This document shows positions 8,866 through 17,554 of a stretch of DNA of 32,055 nt, one piece after another. A model generated the notes under the pieces. The model had not been told where the DNA came from. It saw only the letters and a list, made by a program, of their open reading frames with translations, and did no database searches. The position numbers and the translations under genes were made by a program. Each line of letters starts with the position of its first letter. Position 1 is the first letter of the stretch. This DNA comes from an uncultured Sphingorhabdus sp. (lineage in GTDB: Bacteria; Pseudomonadota; Alphaproteobacteria; Sphingomonadales; Sphingomonadaceae). Where the stretch lies: the NCBI GenBank assembly GCA_964535925.1, contig CAZHWG010000001.1, positions 1 to 32,055 of the forward strand, given 5' to 3'.

Positions 8866-10377
8866 ATGACCGGTAACACCCTTCCTTTTCGCCGCCAGCT
8901 CGAGGCCAAGACGGTGCCGCACCCGGCGCCCACGATTCCCTTGGCGCTACCGGGCCACGCGAAATTCGCGGTCGCTTCGCCGGTCGGCGAAGAGGTCGAC
9001 GCCCTCGCGGTCGATCCACGCGCTACTGACAAGGCTGATGCTGCGAAAACCGACGACACGCGCGATGCCGAGGCCATCCCCACTGTAATGGCGCCGATCA
9101 TCGTTCTTCCCGGGGTCCCCGCACCGCAAGGCCTTGCCGCAATTCCCGCCACCGGTGCTGCACTGACGCAAACCATCGGCAGCGCAGGCGACAGCCTGCA
9201 AAGCGGATCGCATGGAGCGGCTCGCAGCGCGCCCGGCGTCCCCGCGCGCGGAACGATCGAACTGCCCGCATCCGCTTCGGATGTCGCGAAAACCGCTACC
9301 GCCACGCCCGCTTCGGACGCGACAAAAACCGTGACCGCTTCGCCAAGGGCGACAATTGCGACTCCCGTTACGCCCGCTGGCCCGGCAACACCAATCGCGG
9401 CCAGCTCCGCCACCCCTGTTACCACCGCTCCTACGCCGCCGACGATCCAATCGTCGGCGGCGGCCCGGAGCGACCAGGCCACCTCCGCGCAGCCGCAAAA
9501 CGACCAGGCCGCGCGAACCGCAGTCACCCAGACCCTCCCGACCGCCGCATCGGCAACCGGCGCGGCGCAGATCGTCCAGGCCAACGGTATCGCGGGTCTT
9601 GCCAATGCCATGCCAACGCGCGCGACTCAGGGCTCCAAGGCCCATGGCGCCAAGACCGGCGACTCAGAGACGCCGGCGACCAATCGCGCGCCCGCGCCCA
9701 ACCTTGCATCGGCGCTGCAACGCTCGATCGGCGACAAGCCCGCCCCAGCGCATTCAAACGCACCGACTGCGTCAGCACCCGCACCGTTCCCCGCCGCCGA
9801 CACGTCGGCCCAGCCGGTCCAGAATTTCGCCCAGGTCGTCGCGCAGCAGGCCGCGCCCGCTCAGGCCGGCACCGCGACGCCAACCAACCTGCCGACTGCC
9901 GCAACGGTCCCGTTCGATCACAATTTCGGACAGCGCATCGGCGGCGCGATCAGCGCCGCGATGTCGGCGATGTCGATCAAGAACGGCGCGATCCTGTTGC
10001 AGATTACCCCCGAAGGGTTCGGCAAGCTCGAGATCGCACTCGATCACAAGATGGAACGCTTGCAGATCACGACCGAAAACGAAGCCGTGCGCAGCGCGAT
10101 CGCGCAGGCGCATGGCCGCATCGAACACGAGCTGCGCCAGGCGGGCCAGCGGATCACGACGATCGATGTCGCGACGCGCGACGCAGCCGCCCGCCATGAC
10201 AGCAGCGGATCCGATCAGCGTAGCGGCCAGAGCGCCGCGCACGACAGTCGCGGCGGCAACGCCCAGCAATCGGCCAGCGCGCGCCACGACCAGCGAGGCT
10301 TTTCGGCCAATCGCGGCGGCCCCGTGCGCGCCGAGAGCGAGCTGTCTAGCCCCGGTGCAAACGTGTTTTACGCCTGA
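8866..10377 (+). CDS. fliK: Hook-length control protein FliK
   Basis: Long Ala/Thr/Pro-rich region plus a C-terminal FliK domain LQITPEGFGKLEI...AVRSAI...IEHELRQAG. The frame is open from 8782; start uncertain, 8866 preferred because it lies downstream of the sigma54 promoter. Confidence 0.85.
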   Translation: MTGNTLPFRRQLEAKTVPHPAPTIPLALPGHAKFAVASPVGEEVDALAVDPRATDKADAAKTDDTRDAEAIPTVMAPIIVLPGVPAPQGLAAIPATGAALTQTIGSAGDSLQSGSHGAARSAPGVPARGTIELPASASDVAKTATATPASDATKTVTASPRATIATPVTPAGPATPIAASSATPVTTAPTPPTIQSSAAARSDQATSAQPQNDQAARTAVTQTLPTAASATGAAQIVQANGIAGLANAMPTRATQGSKAHGAKTGDSETPATNRAPAPNLASALQRSIGDKPAPAHSNAPTASAPAPFPAADTSAQPVQNFAQVVAQQAAPAQAGTATPTNLPTAATVPFDHNFGQRIGGAISAAMSAMSIKNGAILLQITPEGFGKLEIALDHKMERLQITTENEAVRSAIAQAHGRIEHELRQAGQRITTIDVATRDAAARHDSSGSDQRSGQSAAHDSRGGNAQQSASARHDQRGFSANRGGPVRAESELSSPGANVFYA

Positions 10378-10413
10378 TTTTTCGGTTAATTAAGAGTCAT
10401 TCGGAGTTCAATC

Positions 10414-10956
10414 ATGTCGACTGAAAAGCAACCCAAGAAACGCAGCAAGAAGAAAAAGATCCTGCTGCCAGCGATTGCTATTCTGCTGGCCGGGGCCTTC
10501 GGCGGCGGCGGCTATGTCTATGCCAATTCGGTCAGCGGCCCGCCCGCCGAGGAAAAGCCCGACCTGCCCAAGCTTGTCCTCAAGGACGGCGGCGAGGTCG
10601 AGGCACCCGCGAACGGCAAGGTGACCCATCCCGATAAGTACAAGGTCACCTATCACCCGATCGAGAAGACCTTCACCACCAACCTGCGCGACGACAGCGG
10701 CTTCGCCCAGGTCGATATGGCGGTTTCGACCCTGTATGACGAAACGGTCATCGAGGCGCTGACCGATCACGACATCGCGGTGCGCAATGCGATCGTACTC
10801 GAACTCGCCAATACCGACGGGCTCGAACTCGAAACCGTCGCGGGCAAGGAAGCGCTGGCCGATCGGCTGCGCGACCGGATCAACAAGACGCTCGCGGAAA
10901 AGACGGGCTTTGGCGGCATCGACGAAGTCTATTTCACCAAGCTCGTGCTGCAGTAG
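10414..10956 (+). CDS. fliL: Basal body-associated protein FliL
   Basis: Basic N-terminus plus one TM, FTTNL, AVRNAIV..L, GKEALA, IDEVYFTKLVLQ. Confidence 0.95.
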   Translation: MSTEKQPKKRSKKKKILLPAIAILLAGAFGGGGYVYANSVSGPPAEEKPDLPKLVLKDGGEVEAPANGKVTHPDKYKVTYHPIEKTFTTNLRDDSGFAQVDMAVSTLYDETVIEALTDHDIAVRNAIVLELANTDGLELETVAGKEALADRLRDRINKTLAEKTGFGGIDEVYFTKLVLQ

Positions 10957-10961
10957 AAACC

Positions 10962-11879
10962 ATGGCGACCCAGGCTCCCCCATCACCGGCCCCGGCGGCC
11001 GACGCGCTGCAGGGTGCGGCGCACAGCTTTCCGCGGCGCGACAGCAGCGAAGCCGACGTCATGCCGATCGCCCGGCGGACCGCCAAGCTGCTTGCCGGCG
11101 GCCTGCGCACCGCACTCCAGCCGCTTGCCAGCGAGCGGCTGACGGTGACGCCCGAACAGGCGATCATCGACACGCACGACAGCTGGCTGGCGGCGCAGGG
11201 CCATTCGATGGGCCTCGCCTTCTACCAGTTGCCGCCGATGAAGGGCCGGCTCGCGCTGCGCCTCGGCCACGACCTCATTGCCGCGCTCGTCGACGCCTTT
11301 TTCGGCGGTTCGATTTCTCGCGCGAAAACGCAGAAGACCGAATATTCCCCCGCCGACCTGCGCCTGATGCATCGCATTGCCGATTCGCTCGCGCTGCCGA
11401 TCGGCGCCGCCTGGGGCGAGTGCGGATCGTTCCGCTGCCTCGCCGCTGGCCTGACCGATGATCCCGAGGAAGCGAAGATCGCCAAGGGCGACGCGGGGCT
11501 GATGATCCAGCCGTTCACATTGACCTTTGCCGGCACGACCAGCTTCACGATCGACATCATCTACCCGATTGCGATGATCCAGTCGGCGCGTGAAGAATGG
11601 AGCCCCAGCCAGGGCCCGGACGCCGTCACCGCCGATCCGGCATGGCGGCTCGAAATGGGCAGCGCGATAGCCGAGGTCTTTGTGCCCGTCCGCTCGATCC
11701 TGGCGCGCCCGACGATGACGCTGCCCGAGCTCGCCAACCTGAAGCCCGGCGACATCATTCCCATTCCGCCGGCCCAGAACATTCCGCTGATCGTCGGCGA
11801 TCGCACCTTCGCACGCGGCAGTCTCGGCGAACAGAACGGCCTCGCCGCCTTCCGCATCGACCATATCGAGAAAGGATAA
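10962..11879 (+). CDS. fliM: Motor switch protein FliM
   Basis: LVDAFFGG, EYSPAD, C-terminal SpoA domain LANLKPGDIIPI...ARGSLGEQNG; located between fliL and fliN. Confidence 0.9.
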   Translation: MATQAPPSPAPAADALQGAAHSFPRRDSSEADVMPIARRTAKLLAGGLRTALQPLASERLTVTPEQAIIDTHDSWLAAQGHSMGLAFYQLPPMKGRLALRLGHDLIAALVDAFFGGSISRAKTQKTEYSPADLRLMHRIADSLALPIGAAWGECGSFRCLAAGLTDDPEEAKIAKGDAGLMIQPFTLTFAGTTSFTIDIIYPIAMIQSAREEWSPSQGPDAVTADPAWRLEMGSAIAEVFVPVRSILARPTMTLPELANLKPGDIIPIPPAQNIPLIVGDRTFARGSLGEQNGLAAFRIDHIEKG

Positions 11880-11882
11880 ACT

Positions 11883-12251
11883 ATGAACGACATGACCGAA
11901 GCCCCCACGCTTGCCGCACAAGGCGGCAACGAAGCGGCAAATTCTTGCCGCGACGCTGGGGCAGCTTTTGCCGACGAAAGCGCCAACCACTATCGCTTCC
12001 TCGCCGACATCCCCGTCCGGCTTTCGGTCGAGGTTGGTAACGTTTCGCTAAAACTTAGCGAAATCATGGCCTTGAACGAAGGTTCGGTGGTCGAACTCGG
12101 GCGCCAGGCGAGCGACCTGCTCGACATCAACGTAAATGGCACGCTGGTTGCAAGGGGCGAAGTCGTAACGGTCGACGGTCGTTTCGGCATCCGCGTCGCG
12201 GAAGTTGTCACGAAGAACGTCGGCAGTGCGAAGGTCGAAAGGCGTGCTTAG
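11883..12251 (+). CDS. fliN: Motor switch protein FliN
   Basis: DIPVRLSVEVG, GSVVELGR, VNGTLVARGEVVTVDGRFGIRV. Confidence 0.96.
   Translation: MNDMTEAPTLAAQGGNEAANSCRDAGAAFADESANHYRFLADIPVRLSVEVGNVSLKLSEIMALNEGSVVELGRQASDLLDINVNGTLVARGEVVTVDGRFGIRVAEVVTKNVGSAKVERRA
11934..11973. promoter_or_regulatory. Enhancer boxes inside fliN
   Basis: Perfect GCGGCAA-ATTC-TTGCCGC (11934-11951) and degenerate GGGCA-GCTTT-TGCCG (11959-11973). Their TTGCCG halves are 23 bp apart. Confidence 0.6.
12137..12152 (+). promoter_or_regulatory. sigma54 promoter for fliOPQR-flhB, internal to fliN
   Basis: TGGCAC-GCTGG-TTGCA, a perfect consensus about 100 bp upstream of fliO. Confidence 0.8.
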
Positions 12252-12649
12252 TGACGTATTACATACTCAAACTGGTGATCATGCTGCCGCTCATGGCAGG
12301 CATGATCGTGGGAGCGTTATGGCTCTATCGTAAATACCAGCCGGGCCTCGCCCCCGGCGTGAAGCAGCGCGACATGCGCCTCGTCGAGACGCTTTCGATG
12401 GGCACGTCGGGCCGGCTCGCGGTGATCGAATTCGGCAGCCAGCGGATCCTGCTGTCGGCCACGCGCGGCAAGATCGAACAAATCGCAGCGCGCGAGATGA
12501 CGCCAGCCGAACGCGAGGCGCACACTGCGCCGGTGCCGGTGGCAGACGACACGCCCGATGCCGGGCTCGGCGAACCCGCCAATCCGTTCCGCACGATCAT
12601 GAACAAGGCGCTCGCGCTGCGCGCCGCCACCCGCCCGGGCCAGGAATAA
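12251..12649 (+). CDS. fliO: Flagellar biosynthesis protein FliO
   Basis: N-terminal TM, MRLVETLSMG..GRLAVIEFGSQRILL; GTG start overlapping the fliN stop. Confidence 0.88.
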   Translation: MTYYILKLVIMLPLMAGMIVGALWLYRKYQPGLAPGVKQRDMRLVETLSMGTSGRLAVIEFGSQRILLSATRGKIEQIAAREMTPAEREAHTAPVPVADDTPDAGLGEPANPFRTIMNKALALRAATRPGQE

Positions 12650-12653
12650 GCCG

Positions 12654-13439
12654 ATGCGCGCGTCGCTTCGCCTCCCCGCCCCCGCCACATTGCTCCGCCT
12701 CGGCCTCGCCGGCCTGCTGCTGGCAATCCCTGCCCAGCTATCGGCGCAGACGCCGGGTGCTTCCGAAGCGCTGACCCGCGCGCTTGGTGACGTATCGGGC
12801 AACGGTGCGCCGTTGACGCTGTCGCTCCAGATTCTCGTGATGATGGGTCTGCTGACGATCCTGCCATCGCTGATCCTGATGATGACCAGCTTCACGCGCA
12901 TCATCATCGTCCTGTCGATCCTGCGCCAGGCACTCGGCCTCCAGCAGACCCCGCCCAACCAGGTCCTCATCGGCCTGTCGCTGTTCCTTTCGCTGTTCGT
13001 CATGGCGCCGTCGATCGAGCAGATCAACGCCCGCGCGATCCAGCCTTATGGCGCCGACCAGGTGACGCTCGAACAGGCGGTTTCGACCTCGGGCGACATC
13101 TTCCACAGCTTCATGGTCAAGCAGACGCGCCAGACCGACCTCAAGCTGTTCATGGACATCGCCAAGCAACCGAGCTTCGAAAACCCCGAAGCGATCCCGT
13201 TCTCGATCCTGCTGCCCGCCTTCGTGACGAGCGAGCCCAAGACCGCGTTCCAGATCGGCTTCATGATCTTCCTGCCCTTCCTGATCATCGATCTGGTCGT
13301 GGCATCGACGCTGATGGCGCTCGGCATGATGATGCTGTCGCCGACGATCATCTCGATGCCGTTCAAGCTGCTCCTGTTCGTCCTGGTCGACGGCTGGGCC
13401 CTGACGATGGGCTCGCTCGCCGGTTCGTTCGTAACCTGA
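12654..13439 (+). CDS. fliP: Export gate protein FliP
   Basis: MMTSFTRIIIVLSILRQALGLQQTPPNQVLIGL, LGMMMLSP, PFKLLLFVLVDGW. The conserved SELKTAF reads SEPKTAF. Confidence 0.97.
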   Translation: MRASLRLPAPATLLRLGLAGLLLAIPAQLSAQTPGASEALTRALGDVSGNGAPLTLSLQILVMMGLLTILPSLILMMTSFTRIIIVLSILRQALGLQQTPPNQVLIGLSLFLSLFVMAPSIEQINARAIQPYGADQVTLEQAVSTSGDIFHSFMVKQTRQTDLKLFMDIAKQPSFENPEAIPFSILLPAFVTSEPKTAFQIGFMIFLPFLIIDLVVASTLMALGMMMLSPTIISMPFKLLLFVLVDGWALTMGSLAGSFVT

Positions 13440-13449
13440 GGCGCGGACC

Positions 13450-13722
13450 ATGGAACAGACCGATTTCTTCATTAGCATCGCGCAGCAGACGCTGTGGATC
13501 ACCGCGCTTGCCGCCGCCCCGCTGCTCGTCCCCGCGCTCGTCGTCGGCATCCTGCTCGGCATGGTCCAGGCGGCAACGTCGATCAACGAGGCGACGCTGA
13601 GCTTCGTGCCGAAACTGATCGTCGTCGGCCTGATGCTCGCGCTGTTCGGCGGCTCGATCCTCTACCTGATCGCCGACTTCACGATCGACATGTTCAACCG
13701 GATCCCGGAACTGCTCGTATGA
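13450..13722 (+). CDS. fliQ: Export gate protein FliQ
   Basis: QAATSINEATLSFVPKL. Confidence 0.96.
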   Translation: MEQTDFFISIAQQTLWITALAAAPLLVPALVVGILLGMVQAATSINEATLSFVPKLIVVGLMLALFGGSILYLIADFTIDMFNRIPELLV

Positions 13723-14498
13723 TCGCTCCGGCTTTCGCAGGCGCCGAAGACCAGTTGTGGCAATGGGCGATGGCGATGATCCGGCCCGGCGCCGCGCTGG
13801 TCGCCGCGCCGATCTTCGGTGCCGCGCAGGTGCCGCTACAGGTCCGCATCATCCTGGCGATGATGATCGGGATTGCCGCAACCGGCGCGGGCGGCGCGGT
13901 CATGCCCGCCGAAACGCTGGTCAGCTTTACCGGTTTCGTCTTCATCGCCGGCGAAATCGTCGTCGGCATCTCGATCGGTTTCGCGCTGCAGATCGGCTAT
14001 TCGGCGGCATTCGTTGCCGGCGAGACGCTGAGCAACGCGATGGGCCTCGGCTTCGCCTCGCTCAACGACCCGCAATCGGGCGCGTCGACCCCGGTGATCG
14101 GCCAGTTCCTGTCGATCGTCGCAACGCTGTTGCTGCTTGCGATGGACGGGCATCTGATGCTCATCTCGATCATCGTCGACAGCTATCACACCCTCCCGCC
14201 GGGCCGCGCCTTTCCCGGCTTCGCCGCGATCGGCGACCTGGTCGATTTCGGCGGCTCGCTGTTTGCCATGGGCTTGCTGATCGCGATGCCCGTCGGCGCC
14301 GCTCTCATCCTGATCCAGCTGGTCATGGCGATGCTCGCCCGGTCGGCCCCGGCGATGAACCTGTTCGCGGTCGGCCTTCCGGTCGCACTCCTGTCGGGCC
14401 TCGTCCTGCTGGCGATCGCCGCACCGGTCATGGCCAATGCGGTGATGAACGCCATGTCCGACGGTCTCGACCAGTCGCAAATCGTCGTGAGAGGCTGA
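13719..14498 (+). CDS. fliR: Export gate protein FliR
   Basis: APIFG..QVP, GEIVVG, MGLGFA..NDP, MDGHL, RSAPAMNLFAVGLP. ATGA overlap with fliQ. Confidence 0.95.
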   Translation: MIAPAFAGAEDQLWQWAMAMIRPGAALVAAPIFGAAQVPLQVRIILAMMIGIAATGAGGAVMPAETLVSFTGFVFIAGEIVVGISIGFALQIGYSAAFVAGETLSNAMGLGFASLNDPQSGASTPVIGQFLSIVATLLLLAMDGHLMLISIIVDSYHTLPPGRAFPGFAAIGDLVDFGGSLFAMGLLIAMPVGAALILIQLVMAMLARSAPAMNLFAVGLPVALLSGLVLLAIAAPVMANAVMNAMSDGLDQSQIVVRG

Positions 14499-14502
14499 CG
14501 CG

Positions 14503-15645
14503 ATGGCCGATTCCCCACCCGGCGGCGGCGAGAAAACCGAAGTTCCAACCCAAAAGCGGTTGAAGGACAGCGCCAAGAAGGGCGACGTCCTCCAGTCTAA
14601 GGAACTGGGCGTCGCGCTCATCATGATCGGCGGTGCGACGGCGTTCGCATTGTTCGGCAGCTATCTCGTCGATGCCACGTCGGCGGTGGTCCGATCGGGC
14701 CTGAGCTTCGCGCCGACCGACATCGAAGATTTCAACATGGCCGAACGCACCTTGCGGCTGCTCGCGCCGCTGGCACTTCCGTTCGGCGCGCTGTTCGCGC
14801 TGCTGATGCTGACCGCGGTCGCCACCCCGACAATGCTCGGCTCGCTCGGTTTCCGCTGGTCTGCGCTCAAGCCCAAGGCATCGAAGATGAACCCCGGGTC
14901 GGGTCTCAAGCGCATGTTCGGCATGCATGCGCTGATCGAGCTGTCGAAGGCGGTCGCCAAGGTCAGCCTGATGGGCGTCGTCGGCACCGTCCTCATCTAT
15001 TCGTCGATCAAGGACATGGTGCAGCTGGGTCTCGGCGATATCCGCAACAGCATCGACGCCTTTGGCGGAATGTTCGTCTTCACGCTGATCGCGATGGCGG
15101 GCTGCCTCGTCGTCATCGCGCTGATCGACGTGCCCGCGCAGATGTTCCAGCGCAGCAAGAAGCTGCGCATGACCAAGCAGGAAGTGAAGGACGAGCACAA
15201 GGAAAGCGAAGGCTCGCCCGAGGTCAAGCAGGCGATCCGCCAGCGCCAGCAGGAGATGACGAGCGGATCGGCGCGCAAGGCGATCGAGGATGCGACCGTG
15301 CTGCTGGTCAACCCGACGCATTTCGCGGTCGCGCTGCGGTATGACCACGAACGCGACGCGGCGCCGATCGTGCTGGCGCGCGGACGCGGCGAACTGGCGC
15401 TGATCATGCGCAGCCTGGCCGACGAGAACAAGGTGCCGATCCTGCATTATCCCGAGCTGACGCGCGCGATCTATTACACGTCGAAACCCAATCACATCGT
15501 CGACGAGCGGCTCTACATGGCGGTCGCCTCGCTGCTCGCCTTCATTTTCCGCCTCGATGCCGAGATGGCCGACAAGCACGATCGCCCCGACATCGTCGTT
15601 CCCGACGACCTGCGCTTCGACGCAGAAGGTCGCCCCGAAGCCTAA
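14503..15645 (+). CDS. flhB: Export protein FlhB
   Basis: EKTEVPT.KR, MTKQEVKDEHKESEGSPEVK, autocleavage motif NPTH. Confidence 0.97.
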   Translation: MADSPPGGGEKTEVPTQKRLKDSAKKGDVLQSKELGVALIMIGGATAFALFGSYLVDATSAVVRSGLSFAPTDIEDFNMAERTLRLLAPLALPFGALFALLMLTAVATPTMLGSLGFRWSALKPKASKMNPGSGLKRMFGMHALIELSKAVAKVSLMGVVGTVLIYSSIKDMVQLGLGDIRNSIDAFGGMFVFTLIAMAGCLVVIALIDVPAQMFQRSKKLRMTKQEVKDEHKESEGSPEVKQAIRQRQQEMTSGSARKAIEDATVLLVNPTHFAVALRYDHERDAAPIVLARGRGELALIMRSLADENKVPILHYPELTRAIYYTSKPNHIVDERLYMAVASLLAFIFRLDAEMADKHDRPDIVVPDDLRFDAEGRPEA

Positions 15646-15669
15646 ATGTTTTCCGCCGCCTGCCGTTAC
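15643..15669 (+). promoter_or_regulatory. sigma28 promoter for fliD-fliS
   Basis: TAAA-N15-GCCGTTAC. The TAA of the -35 box is the flhB stop codon. Confidence 0.75.
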
Positions 15670-15689
15670 AGCATCCAGAAAGGGGCCTT

Positions 15690-17102
15690 ATGCTCTCCAG
15701 TATTTCCAATCTGATCAGCGGCCAGTCCGGGATCAATTCCGCCCAGCTCGTGGCCGATCTTGTCGCGGCCACGCGCGAGCCGCGCGCAGCGACGATCCAG
15801 CAGAAGCAGCAGCTCAACAGCGCGCGCATCTCTGCGCTCGCGTCGGCCTCTTCCTCGCTCAACACCTTTGCCGACGCGCTCAGCGGGATCCTCGACGGTC
15901 GGCGCTTCGCCGGCGACCTGGTATCGAGCAACGGCGGCGTGGCCACCGCGAGCTTCATCGACGGCCAGACGCCCAAGGGGCTGCCGGTCTCGCTCGAAGT
16001 CAAACAGCTCGCCTCCGAACAGCGGATCATCTCGCGCAATTTCAGCGACGCCGCCGCACCCGTCGGCCAGGGCACGTTGACGATGACGACGAGCACAGGC
16101 TCGTTCGACATCGTCATCGATACGACCAACGACAGCCTTTTCGGGCTGCGCGATGCGATCAACACCGCCGATGCCGGCGCGACCGCCAAGATCGTCACCG
16201 ACAATCGCGGCACGCGACTCGTCGTGTCGGGACAGCAGGGATCGAGCGAGAGCTTTTCGATCGCCGCGCCGCCGCCCGACCCGGTCACCGGGGTGCCGAG
16301 CACGCTTGAGGACTTCGCCTATCCGCCGGGCACCGGCAGCGGGATGACGAAGGTGTCCGACGCCGCCGACAGCATCATCATGATGGACGGCATCGAGCTG
16401 ATCAATTCGAGCAACGTCATCGAAAACGCGATCGAGGGGGTCCAGCTCAACCTGCTGTCGGCCGCCCCGGGCGCCGCGATCACGATCTCGGGCGACAAGC
16501 CGGTCGCGACCACGCGCGACCTCGTGACCGAATTCATCGACGCCTACAACACGCTCAAGCGCGGCCTCAACACTGCGACCGCGCCGGGCACCGACAGCGC
16601 CTCGGGCGGTCCACTTGCGGGCAACCGCGCGATTCGCGACATGACAACGCGGCTTGGCCGGATGAGTTCGGCCGTCCTCTCGGTCGATGGCCCCTTCCGC
16701 ACACTCGCCGACATCGGTGTTCGCACCGCGCGCGACGGTACGCTCGAGCTCGACGGCCCCACCTTCGATCGCGCGATAGCGGCCGATCCCGATGCCGTCG
16801 CCCAGATGCTCGACCCGGTAGATCCCGACGCCGGCCATCCCGGAATCGCCGGCACGCTCGAATCGGTGCGCACCGCGCTGGAGGACCAGAACAGCCCGCT
16901 GACACTGGCCAAGACGCGCTTTGCCGCCGTCAACAAGCAGCTCGCCGAGCTGCGCGAGAAGCTCGATGACGACATCACGCGCTATCAGGCCAACCTGCAG
17001 CAGACGTTCTCGAACATGGACCGCCAGCTCGCGATCCTGCGCCAGACGCAGCAATATGTCGAACAGCAGGCTTCGATCTGGAACGGCAGCAACAACAACT
17101 AG
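15690..17102 (+). CDS. fliD: Filament cap protein FliD
   Basis: SGINSAQLVADLV, VKQLASEQ, LRDAIN, SSNVIENAIEGVQLNL, FIDAYN, LADIGV..RDGTLELD, C-terminal coiled coil. Confidence 0.94.
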   Translation: MLSSISNLISGQSGINSAQLVADLVAATREPRAATIQQKQQLNSARISALASASSSLNTFADALSGILDGRRFAGDLVSSNGGVATASFIDGQTPKGLPVSLEVKQLASEQRIISRNFSDAAAPVGQGTLTMTTSTGSFDIVIDTTNDSLFGLRDAINTADAGATAKIVTDNRGTRLVVSGQQGSSESFSIAAPPPDPVTGVPSTLEDFAYPPGTGSGMTKVSDAADSIIMMDGIELINSSNVIENAIEGVQLNLLSAAPGAAITISGDKPVATTRDLVTEFIDAYNTLKRGLNTATAPGTDSASGGPLAGNRAIRDMTTRLGRMSSAVLSVDGPFRTLADIGVRTARDGTLELDGPTFDRAIAADPDAVAQMLDPVDPDAGHPGIAGTLESVRTALEDQNSPLTLAKTRFAAVNKQLAELREKLDDDITRYQANLQQTFSNMDRQLAILRQTQQYVEQQASIWNGSNNN

Positions 17103-17122
17103 AATCGACAAGGAATTCGACG

Positions 17123-17515
17123 ATGTATTACGCGGGCAATCGCAGCGTGGCGCAGAGCTATGGCGCCCTTGATGCAACCAGCCGGGTTGCGGCCGCTTCG
17201 CCGCACGAGCTGGTCGCGATCCTGTTCGAGCAGCTGTTGCTGCGGATCGATCGCGCCGCACGGTGCATCGATCGTGGCGACGTCGCGGCGATGCTGCAAT
17301 CGCGCGCCAAGGCGTCGGACATCCTCAACGCGCTCGAAGAAAGCCTCGATTTCGATCGCGGCGGCGATATCTCGACCGCGCTCGCGATCGTCTATCGCGA
17401 AGCGTCGAACTGTCTCAACGACGCACGCGGCGAAGAGGCAGCCGCAAAATTGCAGGCCGCCCGCGATATCATTTCGGAAGTGGCCGATGCCTGGATCGAG
17501 ATCGGCAAGCGCTAG
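17123..17515 (+). CDS. fliS: Flagellin chaperone FliS
   Basis: ASPHELVAILFE, L..SLDFDRGGDIS.AL..VY, SEVADAWIEI. Confidence 0.94.
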   Translation: MYYAGNRSVAQSYGALDATSRVAAASPHELVAILFEQLLLRIDRAARCIDRGDVAAMLQSRAKASDILNALEESLDFDRGGDISTALAIVYREASNCLNDARGEEAAAKLQAARDIISEVADAWIEIGKR

Positions 17516-17554
17516 GCCCCGGTGGGGGTCGCGCTGCGCCGATCAAGCGACCTG

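Noticed and set aside
3638-9611. Long antisense ORFs (3638-5575, 5343-6581, 6885-7826, 7887-9611) and similar shadow ORFs throughout the window
   Set aside because: They mirror well-supported genes on the opposite strand, which is expected in high-GC DNA, and show no recognisable motifs.
10378-10413. AT-rich fliK-fliL spacer with GGTTAATTAA and a GANTC site as a CtrA-controlled promoter
   Set aside because: No properly spaced TTAA-N7-TTAA; too weak to call.
17515-17531. Short hairpin between convergent fliS and fleQ as a terminator
   Set aside because: Six-bp stem with a G-U pair and no U-tract on either strand.
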